Below, piece after piece: positions 38,281-48,099 of a stretch of 64,000 bases of DNA (positions are counted from its first letter, which is position 1; the number at the start of each line of letters is the position of its first letter). The notes under the pieces are model-generated. The model saw only the letters and a program-made list of their open reading frames with translations, searched no databases and was not told the DNA's origin. Made by a program: the position numbers and the translations under genes. This DNA is from an uncultured Hyphomicrobiales bacterium (GTDB lineage Bacteria > Bacteroidota > Ignavibacteria > Kapaibacteriales > UBA2268): contig CAZXYS010000006.1 in the NCBI GenBank assembly GCA_964645005.1, forward strand, positions 4,741 through 68,740, in the 5' to 3' direction.

Positions 38281-38669
38281 TTACTATTATTAACACATTA
38301 ATTCGATTTTTTTCTTTACAAAATACTAAAAAAAATGTGAACAGAAACATAAATTACCTGCTAACACAGTGTGTTTCTGATTTTCGAAAATTATGTCAAA
38401 TAGGATAAATAGGCTCTATATCAAAACCCTGATTCGTTTTGTTGAAAATCAATTCCACAAATACAATTAATACTTTTGTTTATATATTTAAAATTTTTCA
38501 TCAATCATTGCCCTTTTTAAAATTCACTATAAAATCAATATAGTAAATTTTTTACATAAAGCAAAATTATTTTTAGAGTAATTATTCTTTTTTTTGAATG
38601 TGTTAATAAAATGATTATATTTATCATACGTATTAGAAATAAAAAGATGATAATTTATATCATAAAAAG

Positions 38670-38894
38670 GTGGTAAAAATGCGCACTACAATCAACGTAA
38701 GAGATGATATTATCAGTGATATTATTGAATATTATGATGCAAAATCAAAAACCGAAGCCGTAAACAAGGCATTGGAAGATTTTGCTATGGACTTGAAAAG
38801 AAAAAAAATAATTGAGATCAGAGGCAAGATTGATATTGAAGATGATTTGGATGAATTGAAGAAAAAAGAAATCCAGGAGTTGAAAGAATTATGA
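38670..38894 (+). CDS. vapB: Type II antitoxin (VapB-like)
   Basis: 74 aa, charged C-terminus. Directly precedes the PIN toxin gene and overlaps it by 4 nt. Confidence 0.6.
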   Translation: MVKMRTTINVRDDIISDIIEYYDAKSKTEAVNKALEDFAMDLKRKKIIEIRGKIDIEDDLDELKKKEIQELKEL

Positions 38895-39274
38895 ATGAGC
38901 TTGTTATGATTGACTCAAGCTGCTGGATAGAGTATCTAAGAAATAGTGATCAAAAAATTGCTGATACCGTTGTTGATTTAATACAAAATCATCAGGCATG
39001 TATTTGTGGCATTATTGAAATGGAGATCGTACAAGGTATTCGGAATAAAAAACAAGCTGAATTAGTGTCTAATCTCTTCGATATACTCAAATATTATACT
39101 ATTGTTAGAGAAGATTTCATTAATGCCGGGAAAAGAATAATTGAAATGAAGAAAAAAGGTATTATAGTTGCTACTTCCGATTGCCTTATAGCTGAAATCT
39201 GTATAAAAAATAATCTTAAACTCTACACGAAAGATAAAGATTTTAATTACTTTCAAAAACTTAAACTTTATTAA
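38891..39274 (+). CDS. vapC: PIN-domain toxin (VapC family ribonuclease)
   Basis: 127 aa. MIDSSCWIEYL (first acidic residue), EMEIVQG, and ATSDCLIAEICIKNNLKLYTKDKDF (C-terminal acidic residues) match PIN domain topology. Confidence 0.75.
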   Translation: MNELVMIDSSCWIEYLRNSDQKIADTVVDLIQNHQACICGIIEMEIVQGIRNKKQAELVSNLFDILKYYTIVREDFINAGKRIIEMKKKGIIVATSDCLIAEICIKNNLKLYTKDKDFNYFQKLKLY

Positions 39275-39333
39275 ACCCATATTTTGCAATAGAATAAACA
39301 TATATTAGAATAAATAACTTAATCCTAAGAACT

Positions 39334-39389
39334 AAACCACCCCTTCTTTCCCCCGCCTTAGTAAGGAGGGGATACAGGGGTGGTTTTTC
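39334..39389 (+). terminator. Hairpin terminator after vapC
   Basis: aaaccacccc ... ggggtggttttt palindrome followed by a T-run. Confidence 0.5.
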
Positions 39390-39570
39390 TAATTCTTTTA
39401 AAGGCACTATGTTCGTAAAAGTGAGTAGTTATAATGAAATATCCGGGTTTAACTCAATAAATTTATATTCACCATTATGTTACGAATATCGTAATAACAT
39501 TTTCCTTACAAAATATTAAAATTCTACCCCCGTCGAAATATTAAATTTTTCCATAAATACAAGGCATACA

Positions 39571-40533
39571 ATGGAAGAACTACAGATCTATCCCGAAATC
39601 GAACCGTTTAACACAGGCGAATTGAAAGTTTCGGATTTACACACTCTTCACTATGAAGAGGCGGGCAATCCCAACGGCATACCGGCAGTATTCCTGCATG
39701 GCGGTCCAGGCGCCGGACTTAATGATGCTTATCGCAGATTCTTCGATCCGAATGTCTATCATGTTATACTCTTCGACCAGCGCGGCTCGGGTCAAAGTAC
39801 TCCCCACGCCGAGTTGAAAGAAAACACAACCTGGCATCTCGTCGAAGATATGGAAAAGCTCCGCACACATTTTGGCTTTGATAAATGGCTCGTCTTCGGT
39901 GGAAGCTGGGGCAGCACACTTGCTCTCTCTTACGCAGAGAGTCATCCGGAAAATGTATCAGCACTTGTCCTGAGAGGGGTTTTCCTCGGCAGGAAATTTG
40001 AATTAGACTGGCTATATCAGGATGAAGGCGTCGCCCGCCTCTATCCCGACAATTACGAAGAATTTGTCAATTTCATCCCGGAAAACGAACGAGGCGATAT
40101 GATCAATGCCTATTACAAGCGCTTAATTGCCGACGACGAAGATCTCCAGCTAAAAGCGGCAAAGATCTGGAGCATCTGGGAAGCTGGCATATCCAAACTT
40201 GTCCCCGACCAGAATCTCATCGAAGAATTTGGCGATCCGCATACTGCTCTTTCAATAGCAAAAGTGGAATGTCATTATTTTGTAAACAATTTGTTTTTGG
40301 AAACCGAAAACTACCTGCTGGACAATGCTCATAAGATTAAGGATATACCAGCGGTGATAGTTCAGGGGCGTTATGATGTAGTCTGCCCGCCTCGCTCGGC
40401 ATGGGATCTTCATAAAGCACTCCCGAAATCAGATCTGCGGATTATGCAAACCTCAGGCCATTCCCAGCTTGAAGTTGGCATTTCCAATGAACTGGTAAAG
40501 GCTGCTGATGAGTTGAAAACAACATTGCAATAA
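39571..40533 (+). CDS. pip: Proline iminopeptidase (prolyl aminopeptidase, S33)
   Basis: N-terminus YPEIEPFNTGELKVSDLHTLHYEEAGNPNGIPAVFLHGGPGAG is near-canonical for Pip. Nucleophile GGSWGSTLAL. 320 aa. Confidence 0.9.
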   Translation: MEELQIYPEIEPFNTGELKVSDLHTLHYEEAGNPNGIPAVFLHGGPGAGLNDAYRRFFDPNVYHVILFDQRGSGQSTPHAELKENTTWHLVEDMEKLRTHFGFDKWLVFGGSWGSTLALSYAESHPENVSALVLRGVFLGRKFELDWLYQDEGVARLYPDNYEEFVNFIPENERGDMINAYYKRLIADDEDLQLKAAKIWSIWEAGISKLVPDQNLIEEFGDPHTALSIAKVECHYFVNNLFLETENYLLDNAHKIKDIPAVIVQGRYDVVCPPRSAWDLHKALPKSDLRIMQTSGHSQLEVGISNELVKAADELKTTLQ

Positions 40534-40740
40534 AGTGCTAAATGTTTTATCTCGTTAACATTTGTGTTCAAATTTTTTACAACAAATAATGGCAGATTTA
40601 CGTTTATATAAATGAAACTAAATTAAAATCCTGGCTTAAAAAGCAGGTCTGGTTTCAGTAAAAACTTGGGAGTAATGATGTTAGGTGAGACATTAACATA
40701 AAAATTTTCCTTCCTTCCTCCCCCCGAGCAAGGTAAGGCT

Positions 40741-40796
40741 GCATCCGTCCCCCAGCGGATGCGCAAAGGAGGCTTGACCCTGGCCTCCTTTTTTTA
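40741..40796 (+). terminator. Rho-independent terminator after pip
   Basis: gcatccg...cggatgc stem, then aaaggaggc...gcctccttttttt stem with a T-run. Confidence 0.6.
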
Positions 40797-40984
40797 TTTA
40801 AAGAGAAAATTACGAAGTTTTAAAACATCTGCCAAATTAAAATTGATTAATATACATATTTGTGTCTTATGGAAATTCATAAATCCAATAATTTATAAAA
40901 ATTGTTTATAAACTCTTTATAATTGATTTTATCATTAAAAAATCTTAGTTTCCATTCTAAAAATTACAACAAACTCGGGGATCC

Positions 40985-42499
40985 ATGCAGGCAAAACGAA
41001 AGAAATCGCAAATAGCAGGACTGATTGCTGGTCCGGTTTTATTTGTTTCGATAATTTTATGGAATTTTGCACCGGATAATCCCGAAGCCGTACGCACGGC
41101 AGCCTGTGCCGCTTGGATGGCTGCATGGTGGATGACGGAAGCCATCCCGCTGGCAGCTACAGCATTATTTCCCTTGATCTTATTCCCCATCCTGGGCATA
41201 GCAACAGGAAAAACCATTGCCCCCGTTTACTTTAACAGCACCATATTTCTCTTTATCGGTGGATTCCTGATCGCCATCTCTATGGAACGATGGAATTTAC
41301 ACAAGCGTATCTCCCTTCTGATTATAAGATTCATTGGTACGGGGTTGTCCCGTTTGATACTGGGATTTATGATCGCATCGGCATTTTTATCAATGTTCAT
41401 TTCCAATACGGCAACGGCAATAATGATGCTTCCTATCGGCTTGGCTATTATCAGTAAAATGGAAGATGATTACTCTACTGAAAATGTCCATTCATTTGCC
41501 GCAGCCCTGATGCTGGGCATCGCTTATGCTGCATCTGTCGGCGGAGTTGCGACTCTCGTCGGCACTCCGCCAAATCTTGTTTTTCGCCAGATATTCGCAA
41601 ACACTTTTCCGGGCGGTCCCGAGATAAGCTTCGGAACATGGATGATCTTCGGCTTACCGCTGTCCATGGTAATGCTTATCTTTGTTTGGATAATGCTGAC
41701 GAAGGTATTATTCAGATTTTCAAAAGATATTCGTGTTGACCGTTCCGTGGTCGATAAAGAATATAGAGAACTCGGCAAAACGAGCTACGAAGAGAAGGCA
41801 GTGCTCGTAGTATTTGTATTAACAGGCTTACTCTGGATATTCAGAAAAGAGATAGATGCGGGCTTTTTATCAATCCCCGGATGGTCAGGATTACTGGACA
41901 TTGGTGATTTCATCGACGATGGAACTGTTGCCGTCTTTATGGCGGCAGCCCTGTTCCTGATCCCTGCCAAATCAAACAATAACGCCGTTGCAATTCTCGA
42001 CGAAAATGCCTTCGGAAAACTTCCCTGGCACATCATCATTCTCTTTGGCGGAGGTTTTGCTCTGGCGGAAGGCTTTCAATTATCAGGACTATCCCAGGTA
42101 TTGGGAAAACACTTTGCAGCTTTGCAGGGAGTGAATATTTTTATTCTGGTTTTAATCATTACTGCAGTAATAGTACTGTTAACAGAACTAACCTCCAATA
42201 CCGCAACCACGCAAACACTATTGCCGATCCTCGCATCCGTAGCTGTCGGATTGAAACTGAATCCTATGCTATTGATGATACCGGCAACAATAGCGGCTTC
42301 TTATGCCTTTATGCTGCCCGTAGCTACACCGCCGAATGCTATTGTTTTTGGCTCCGGCAGGATAAGAATAGCTGAAATGACCTATGCAGGGGTGCTCATT
42401 AATATTTTCGGTGTGCTTTTAATTACTTTGATGTTTTATTTTCTGGGCAGCTTTGTCTTTAATATCGATCTGACCACCTGCCCCTCGTGGGCGGAATGA
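40985..42499 (+). CDS. DASS/SLC13-family sodium-coupled anion (sulfate/di- or tricarboxylate) symporter
   Basis: 504 aa polytopic protein. Duplicated SNTA(T)T motifs (FISNTATAIMMLPI and TSNTATTQTLLPI) are typical of DASS hairpin loops. Confidence 0.75.
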   Translation: MQAKRKKSQIAGLIAGPVLFVSIILWNFAPDNPEAVRTAACAAWMAAWWMTEAIPLAATALFPLILFPILGIATGKTIAPVYFNSTIFLFIGGFLIAISMERWNLHKRISLLIIRFIGTGLSRLILGFMIASAFLSMFISNTATAIMMLPIGLAIISKMEDDYSTENVHSFAAALMLGIAYAASVGGVATLVGTPPNLVFRQIFANTFPGGPEISFGTWMIFGLPLSMVMLIFVWIMLTKVLFRFSKDIRVDRSVVDKEYRELGKTSYEEKAVLVVFVLTGLLWIFRKEIDAGFLSIPGWSGLLDIGDFIDDGTVAVFMAAALFLIPAKSNNNAVAILDENAFGKLPWHIIILFGGGFALAEGFQLSGLSQVLGKHFAALQGVNIFILVLIITAVIVLLTELTSNTATTQTLLPILASVAVGLKLNPMLLMIPATIAASYAFMLPVATPPNAIVFGSGRIRIAEMTYAGVLINIFGVLLITLMFYFLGSFVFNIDLTTCPSWAE

Positions 42500-42637
42500 T
42501 ATAAAAAGTTCATCTTTTATCCTTTCTGTGATTGAATTTATTTCAAAATTCACAATGAATCATGTAAAAATGTATTTTTTTTACGCTCATTCCTTTCATA
42601 AATTTGTTGATTGTAGTTTTATTAATGATAAAAATCT

Positions 42638-43894
42638 ATGAATGTGAATAAAGCTCTGATCATTGCATATTACTTTCCGCCAATGGGATTGAGCGGAGTG
42701 CAGCGGACTATGAAGTTTGTCAAATATTTGCCGGATTTTGACTGGAATCCTATTGTACTGGCAGCAAATCCGTCTTCATATTATGCTTATGACGATACTC
42801 TACTGACAGAACTTGACAGAGAAGAAATTGAAATTCATTATACAAATAAAAAAGGTGGATCAGGAAAAAAGCAGAAAAAGTTCCCATCATATTTTAAGCA
42901 AAAGTTAGGTAAAGCCGTACTTCAATCCTTACGCCAACCAGACAGTAAAAAAACATGGATGAAAGAAGCATTGGAGCTTGGCAGGAAAATCCTAAAACGA
43001 CAGCGTATCAACGCTATCTTTGCCACTGCTCCTCCTTTTACTGATTTCCTGGTCGCCGGACAATTGGCTAAGGAATTCGGACTGCCATATATTGTGGACT
43101 ACCGGGATATTTGGGTCGATAATCCATTTAATTTTTATCTGACCCCATTCCATAAAAATCATAGCATCAGGCTTGAAGAAGGTATCCTGACACACTCGGA
43201 AAGAGCAATTGTAACTACCAGATTTGCTAAGGAATTGCTTTTAAAAAGATACAGCATACTTTCGCATAACGATATAAAGATAATACCTCAAGGGTATGAC
43301 CCCTCGGATTTTAATGTTGATATTATTGAAAAAAATCCTGAAAAATTCGTAATTACTCATACCGGATTGTTCCAGGATGACCGGACTCCGAAGTATTTTT
43401 TAAAAGCCTTGGAGTCTTTACTTGACAGTGATAAAGAAGCTCGGGATAAGATTGAAATAAGATTTGTAGGGCTTATGCGAACTTCTCATTTAAAAATGTT
43501 CAAAAAGTATAAATATAATGACAATATCAAAACAACCGGCTATGTTAATCATAAATCGGCGGTGAAACAATTACTGGAATCCGACGTCTTATGGCTGATG
43601 TTGAACGACAAATTCCGCTCCCCGGGCAAGATTTACGAGTATTTCGGAGCGGGCAAACCACTTCTGGTAACCGCGCCGGAAGGAGCAATGAGATCAACTG
43701 CTGAACAAAGCGGCGCTGCGATCTGTTGTGACCCTGATGATATTAAAGGGATTAAACTTTCATTGATAGAATTATTTGAAAAATGGAAAAACAATAATTT
43801 ACCTGAGTATAAGGACAATTTCAGAGAAAAATTCGACAGAAAAACACTTACTGGGGACTTGGCAAGAGAATTAGCGTTGATTGCTGAAATTTAA
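42638..43894 (+). CDS. Glycosyltransferase (GT-B, family 4-like)
   Basis: C-terminal KIYEYFGAGKPLLVTAPEGAMRSTAEQSGAAICCDP resembles the GT4 donor-binding end. The N-terminal domain is atypical. Confidence 0.5.
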   Translation: MNVNKALIIAYYFPPMGLSGVQRTMKFVKYLPDFDWNPIVLAANPSSYYAYDDTLLTELDREEIEIHYTNKKGGSGKKQKKFPSYFKQKLGKAVLQSLRQPDSKKTWMKEALELGRKILKRQRINAIFATAPPFTDFLVAGQLAKEFGLPYIVDYRDIWVDNPFNFYLTPFHKNHSIRLEEGILTHSERAIVTTRFAKELLLKRYSILSHNDIKIIPQGYDPSDFNVDIIEKNPEKFVITHTGLFQDDRTPKYFLKALESLLDSDKEARDKIEIRFVGLMRTSHLKMFKKYKYNDNIKTTGYVNHKSAVKQLLESDVLWLMLNDKFRSPGKIYEYFGAGKPLLVTAPEGAMRSTAEQSGAAICCDPDDIKGIKLSLIELFEKWKNNNLPEYKDNFREKFDRKTLTGDLARELALIAEI

Positions 43895-44014
43895 TTTGTT
43901 ATTTTTAATAATAACATTATTTTAGCATTATCTTATTTCTTACAAAAAATAACAAACAATATTAAAGGTCGATCACAACTAATTATATTATTAACCAATA
44001 TTATCGGAGGAGAT

Positions 44015-45208
44015 ATGAAAATCTTCAAAATTATTTCTGTTTTAGCTTTAATGGCATTCTTGCCTTTGTTTTTCAATGGATGCAGCGAGGATACTACCGG
44101 TCCTGTAGGAAATCCCTACATTGCCAGCCTTTCGGATTATATCGCTAATATCGGCGATACAATTACTATCTACGGCGAAGACTTCGGCGAAGAAGGCGAT
44201 GGTCTTGTTGAGTTTAATGGAACTTCAGTTCCGCTTGTAGGGGTAGTAAGTTGGACCCCTACTCAGATTAAAGTCGTGGTACCTAATGGCGCTACTTCCG
44301 GTCCTGTAATAGTCGAAAGGGGACAGGAACAAAGTAACAGCGTAAATTTCATCGTCGGTTCCAAAATACCTCCGACACCGGAAAATGCAAGTGCTCTTTC
44401 GGTAGATGCAAATACCGTAAAGCTATACTGGGATGCACCAACGGTTAATGGCACCAATGTAGAAGATCTCAATAATATCTTTGCCAATTACTTTATTGAA
44501 GTTTACGACGAAAATCAGAATATTGTCGAATCCGCAAGTGCAGCAAGTGCACCTTACGATATAGAAAATCTTACCGAAGGCGAAGTTTACACATTCATGA
44601 TTTACGTTGTTTATGAAAATGGCAACAAATCAGCCCCACCCGCAGAAGTAATGTGGTCACCTGCAACTAGATACGCCGGTCCTTTCAAACTATACGAATC
44701 AGAAACAAGTCAATATGGAAGTGGTTTGGACTTCTTTAACACCACCGAAAATGGTCCGAAAGTTGTAAAAGTTTCGGAGGCTGAAAGTTGGAACATTGGA
44801 ATTTATACTTTCAATGATGTATTAAAATTCGGATCCGCTTCTGAACTTGAATATTCCGCTTTCAGTACTAATCCTCCGCAATCAGCCGACATGAGCGAAG
44901 ACTTCTGGACAGGCGGCGATCTGGACAATGCATTCAGTGAATCAGCTCTTGACGGAGTTAATTTTGGCGAAATGGCATTGGATATGTTGGATTTCTTCGG
45001 TGCTGCTGATACACCCGGAGACGTTATATTCGTTTTCCGCACAATGGAACCCGGAGAATCAGACTATAACTATGTAAGAGTATTGTTAATGTACGACGAT
45101 GCAAACGATACATTCTTCAAAGGACAAGCGCCAGACAGATACGTAGAAGTTAAAATCTCTTATCAGAAGGAAGCTGGCGTACCATACGCCAAGCAGCCAA
45201 ATAGTTAA
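44015..45208 (+). CDS. Lipoprotein with IPT/TIG-like and fibronectin-III-like domains
   Basis: Lipobox LFFNGC. IPT-like segment (IANIGDTITIYGEDFG...GPVIVERG). Fn3-like segment (PENASALSVDANTVKLYWDAP). Confidence 0.4.
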   Translation: MKIFKIISVLALMAFLPLFFNGCSEDTTGPVGNPYIASLSDYIANIGDTITIYGEDFGEEGDGLVEFNGTSVPLVGVVSWTPTQIKVVVPNGATSGPVIVERGQEQSNSVNFIVGSKIPPTPENASALSVDANTVKLYWDAPTVNGTNVEDLNNIFANYFIEVYDENQNIVESASAASAPYDIENLTEGEVYTFMIYVVYENGNKSAPPAEVMWSPATRYAGPFKLYESETSQYGSGLDFFNTTENGPKVVKVSEAESWNIGIYTFNDVLKFGSASELEYSAFSTNPPQSADMSEDFWTGGDLDNAFSESALDGVNFGEMALDMLDFFGAADTPGDVIFVFRTMEPGESDYNYVRVLLMYDDANDTFFKGQAPDRYVEVKISYQKEAGVPYAKQPNS

Positions 45209-45232
45209 AAAATATGTTAAATAATTTTTTCA

Positions 45233-45790
45233 GTGGTAAATATGAAAAAATTAATAGTTTTATTCTCGATTTTAGGCATACTCTTCCTGAGCGAATCAAT
45301 CGCTCAGGAAGAAAAAGCCACAAAAAAGAAGTTGGAAATCCAAAAGAAGGAACAGACTTCTGAAGAAAAGCCTGAAAAGGCAACAAAGAAGAAGTTGGAT
45401 TTCGAATCCATCAAGAAAAAACAAGAAAAAAGCACTGCTAAAAAAGTCACACCAAAACAGCCTTCAGGGAAAGAACCGGTCCTGGAACTCCGCCCCGGTG
45501 CTAAGAAACCTATACCCGGAGAAGTTGTTAGCTTAAAAGCTCTTGTTAGCGAATCTGAAGCTTCGATTAACGAAGGACAAGCCCGTTCACTCGTTAACGA
45601 TGGACAACCGCTGCTATTCAGGGATAAAAACGGCAACATCTACTGGGTTTACAATGTTTACGGTAAAATACCCTATGAAAAGATGATCAGCTATGCCGGT
45701 AAACAGTTTAGCATTGTCGGCGATGTCAGGGAAGTTAACGGAGTCAAAGTTATCGTTGCTTCCAAATACGTTAGCAGTTCGGTACATTAA
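45233..45790 (+). CDS. Secreted hypothetical protein with Lys/Glu-rich low-complexity linker and conserved C-terminal ~70-aa domain
   Basis: Signal peptide. Repeated EKATKKKL units. C-terminal domain is paralogous to 45828-46262 (...NGNIYWVYNVYG...VKVIVASKYV). Confidence 0.4.
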   Translation: MVNMKKLIVLFSILGILFLSESIAQEEKATKKKLEIQKKEQTSEEKPEKATKKKLDFESIKKKQEKSTAKKVTPKQPSGKEPVLELRPGAKKPIPGEVVSLKALVSESEASINEGQARSLVNDGQPLLFRDKNGNIYWVYNVYGKIPYEKMISYAGKQFSIVGDVREVNGVKVIVASKYVSSSVH

Positions 45791-45827
45791 TCAATAAATT
45801 TATTGATAATAAACAGGTGAAATAGTT

Positions 45828-46262
45828 ATGACTAATAAATTATTGATTCTCTTATCAATGATATTTATTCTCTTTGCCTTTACATTCTGCGGAGAAGGAG
45901 AAGAGAAAGAAAAACCGGAAGAACCGCAGACCGAAGAAATGCAGGAGCCTGAAACTTTAGAACCCGCAAAACCTGACTTCACTGAAACACCGCTGAAAGG
46001 AAAGGTTGTCTGTTTAACAAAAATGCTCATCGGCGAGGAAGAAACCGTTGATGTTGAAAAGGCAGTAAATCTGGCAAATAAAGGTTTCCCAGTGGTCGTG
46101 AAATCTCAGGATAACGGTGAGATCTATTTTATTTGTAATCCCGACGGCTCTTTTGCAGCAAAAAAACTTGCCCGGCATGCAGACGAGGAAATAGTTGAAG
46201 TATACGGGGAATACAAAGAAATCAAAGATTTGAAAGTAGTTCTGGCAAGTAAGATTCAGTAA
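45828..46262 (+). CDS. Secreted/lipoprotein hypothetical protein, paralog of 45233-45790 C-terminal domain
   Basis: Signal with Cys (FAFTFCGEG). Acidic linker. C-terminal ...NGEIYFICNPDG...LKVVLASKIQ aligns to the neighbour. Confidence 0.4.
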   Translation: MTNKLLILLSMIFILFAFTFCGEGEEKEKPEEPQTEEMQEPETLEPAKPDFTETPLKGKVVCLTKMLIGEEETVDVEKAVNLANKGFPVVVKSQDNGEIYFICNPDGSFAAKKLARHADEEIVEVYGEYKEIKDLKVVLASKIQ

Positions 46263-46322
46263 ACCTTCGACTCCGCTTAGGATGACCGAACCGTGTCAAA
46301 GTGAGCGGAGTCGAACTGTGAC
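46262..46322. repeat. Short palindromic repeat (family 2b, 'ttcgactccgctcaggatgac' type), left copy flanking GIY-YIG gene
   Basis: cttcgactccgcttaggatgac...gtgagcggagtcgaac. Related copies at 46645-46700, 57062-57125 and 59352-59425. Confidence 0.6.
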
Positions 46323-46342
46323 ATTATCAATTTCAGCAGGTA

Positions 46343-46579
46343 ATGAAAACTTATTGTGTCTATATTCTAATATGTTCAGATAATTTTTATTTTACCGGAG
46401 TTACAAATAATCCGGGAAAAAGAATTAATGAACGCAATTCTGGTTTGAGTGAGGATAAATATACTTTTTCAAGACGACCGGTTAAATTAGTTTTTTCTGA
46501 ATATTTTACGAATATAGATGATGCTATTAGACTCGAGAAGCAAATCAAAGGCTGGTCAAAAAAAAAGAAGCAGTTATAA
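46343..46579 (+). CDS. GIY-YIG nuclease-family small protein (YhbQ/UPF0213-like)
   Basis: 78 aa. CVYILICSDNFYFTGVTNNPGKRINERN (GIY...YIG-like) and RRPVKLVFSEYF...AIRLEKQIKGWSKKKK. Confidence 0.7.
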   Translation: MKTYCVYILICSDNFYFTGVTNNPGKRINERNSGLSEDKYTFSRRPVKLVFSEYFTNIDDAIRLEKQIKGWSKKKKQL

Positions 46580-46644
46580 ACAATGATTTTAAGACTTTAA
46601 AGACAGAATCTAAATGCAAAAATAAAACATATCACAAACATTAT

Positions 46645-46700
46645 AACAAGTAGTCATCCTTCGACTCCGCTCAGGATGACATCCTAAGATTCTGTCCTGG
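46645..46700. repeat. Short palindromic repeat (family 2b), right copy flanking GIY-YIG gene
   Basis: gtcatccttcgactccgctcaggatgac. Same orientation as the copy at 46262-46322. Confidence 0.6.
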
Positions 46701-46738
46701 CAGGATTTATATTATACAATCAGCAATTAGCAGGCACC

Positions 46739-47806
46739 ATGAACGAAAAAAATATTAAAGTAATAAAGAACATCCTCACCGGATTTCTCTTTGTGCTTGT
46801 TATATATCTTATGTCGGAACTGGCATCTATACTTATCCCGCTCGTTCTGGCATTTCTATTTGCAGGATTGTTCATGCCGTTGATAAACTTTTTCAACAAG
46901 AAGAAAGTACCCCGCTTTCTCTTTCTGCCGATCGTTGTTATCATAACGTTAGGCGTTTTGTTTGGCATAGTTCAACTATTCATACAGACCGCATCTCAGA
47001 TTCAAGCGCAGCAGGAATTCCTCATATTTCAGCTAAACAAAAAATTTAACACGGTTTTCGATTGGATCAACGGCATTCTATCAAATAATATCAACTATGA
47101 GCTAAGTTTTGAAGGAGTCACCTCTTTATTGAATCCTGACAGTATCTCAAATTTAGCCAAGAATTTAGCTGTTTCCATAGGCTCTTTTACGGGTTCTTTT
47201 CTTATGTTTTCATTGTATTACATATTTCTACTGGCGAGTCTTGCAAACTACGATAAATTTATTAATTACGTAGCGGGCAGTGGTAACGAACAATTTGTGC
47301 AAAGCTTCGAAAAGATCAAAGACACAATTATTTCTTACATTGGTGTCAAAACATTTGTAAGCATACTTACCGGAGTTTTTGCTTATGTAATACTAATTAT
47401 TTTCGGCGTTAAATTTGCATTTTTCTTTGCCTTTTTGACATTTTTGCTGAATTACATTCCAAGCATTGGTTCCACTGTAGCAGTAGTGTTCCCGGCACTT
47501 ATGGGGATTATCCAGTTTGATTCGATCAATTTAATTCTATTTATGGTCATATTATTAACTGCTGTTCAGGCAAGTCTGGGCAATGTTGTCGAGCCAATCC
47601 TGCAGGGACGAACTATGAAAATGAGTCCCCTCATTATAATTTTCGGACTTGTCTTCTGGGGATATATTTGGGGAGTTACAGGGATGTTTCTGTCAGTTCC
47701 TCTAATGGTGATTTTAAAAATTGTTTTGGAAATGAATCCTTCAACAAGAATCTTCGCAAGAATGATGGAAAAACCGCAAAAGGAGCCTAAATCTGCTAAA
47801 CAATAA
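46739..47806 (+). CDS. AI-2E family transporter (UPF0118/PerM-like)
   Basis: 355 aa polytopic. C-terminal GYIWGVTGMFLSVPLMVILKIV matches the AI-2E family conserved block. Confidence 0.75.
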   Translation: MNEKNIKVIKNILTGFLFVLVIYLMSELASILIPLVLAFLFAGLFMPLINFFNKKKVPRFLFLPIVVIITLGVLFGIVQLFIQTASQIQAQQEFLIFQLNKKFNTVFDWINGILSNNINYELSFEGVTSLLNPDSISNLAKNLAVSIGSFTGSFLMFSLYYIFLLASLANYDKFINYVAGSGNEQFVQSFEKIKDTIISYIGVKTFVSILTGVFAYVILIIFGVKFAFFFAFLTFLLNYIPSIGSTVAVVFPALMGIIQFDSINLILFMVILLTAVQASLGNVVEPILQGRTMKMSPLIIIFGLVFWGYIWGVTGMFLSVPLMVILKIVLEMNPSTRIFARMMEKPQKEPKSAKQ

Positions 47807-48099
47807 CAGCTTGTCTATTTTCTCTACTTTTGGTTATTACCTGTATTGCAGCTATTATTCGAATTATTGTATTATTCATTATAACTTATGGATTTACGTT
47901 AGAATAAACAACTTGACTTAAAGAATTTAACACCCCTCGTAGTGAAGCCGCCGATTTAATAATTAAATTTGTATCTAAATCTTCCGATAACAAAATTATC
48001 AATGAAATTTTTTTCATGTTTTACCATTAATTAGTTAATTTTGAGAATATTTTTGGAACAGAAATTGCAGATTAGTGACAAAATAAACGGGCTTGACTA

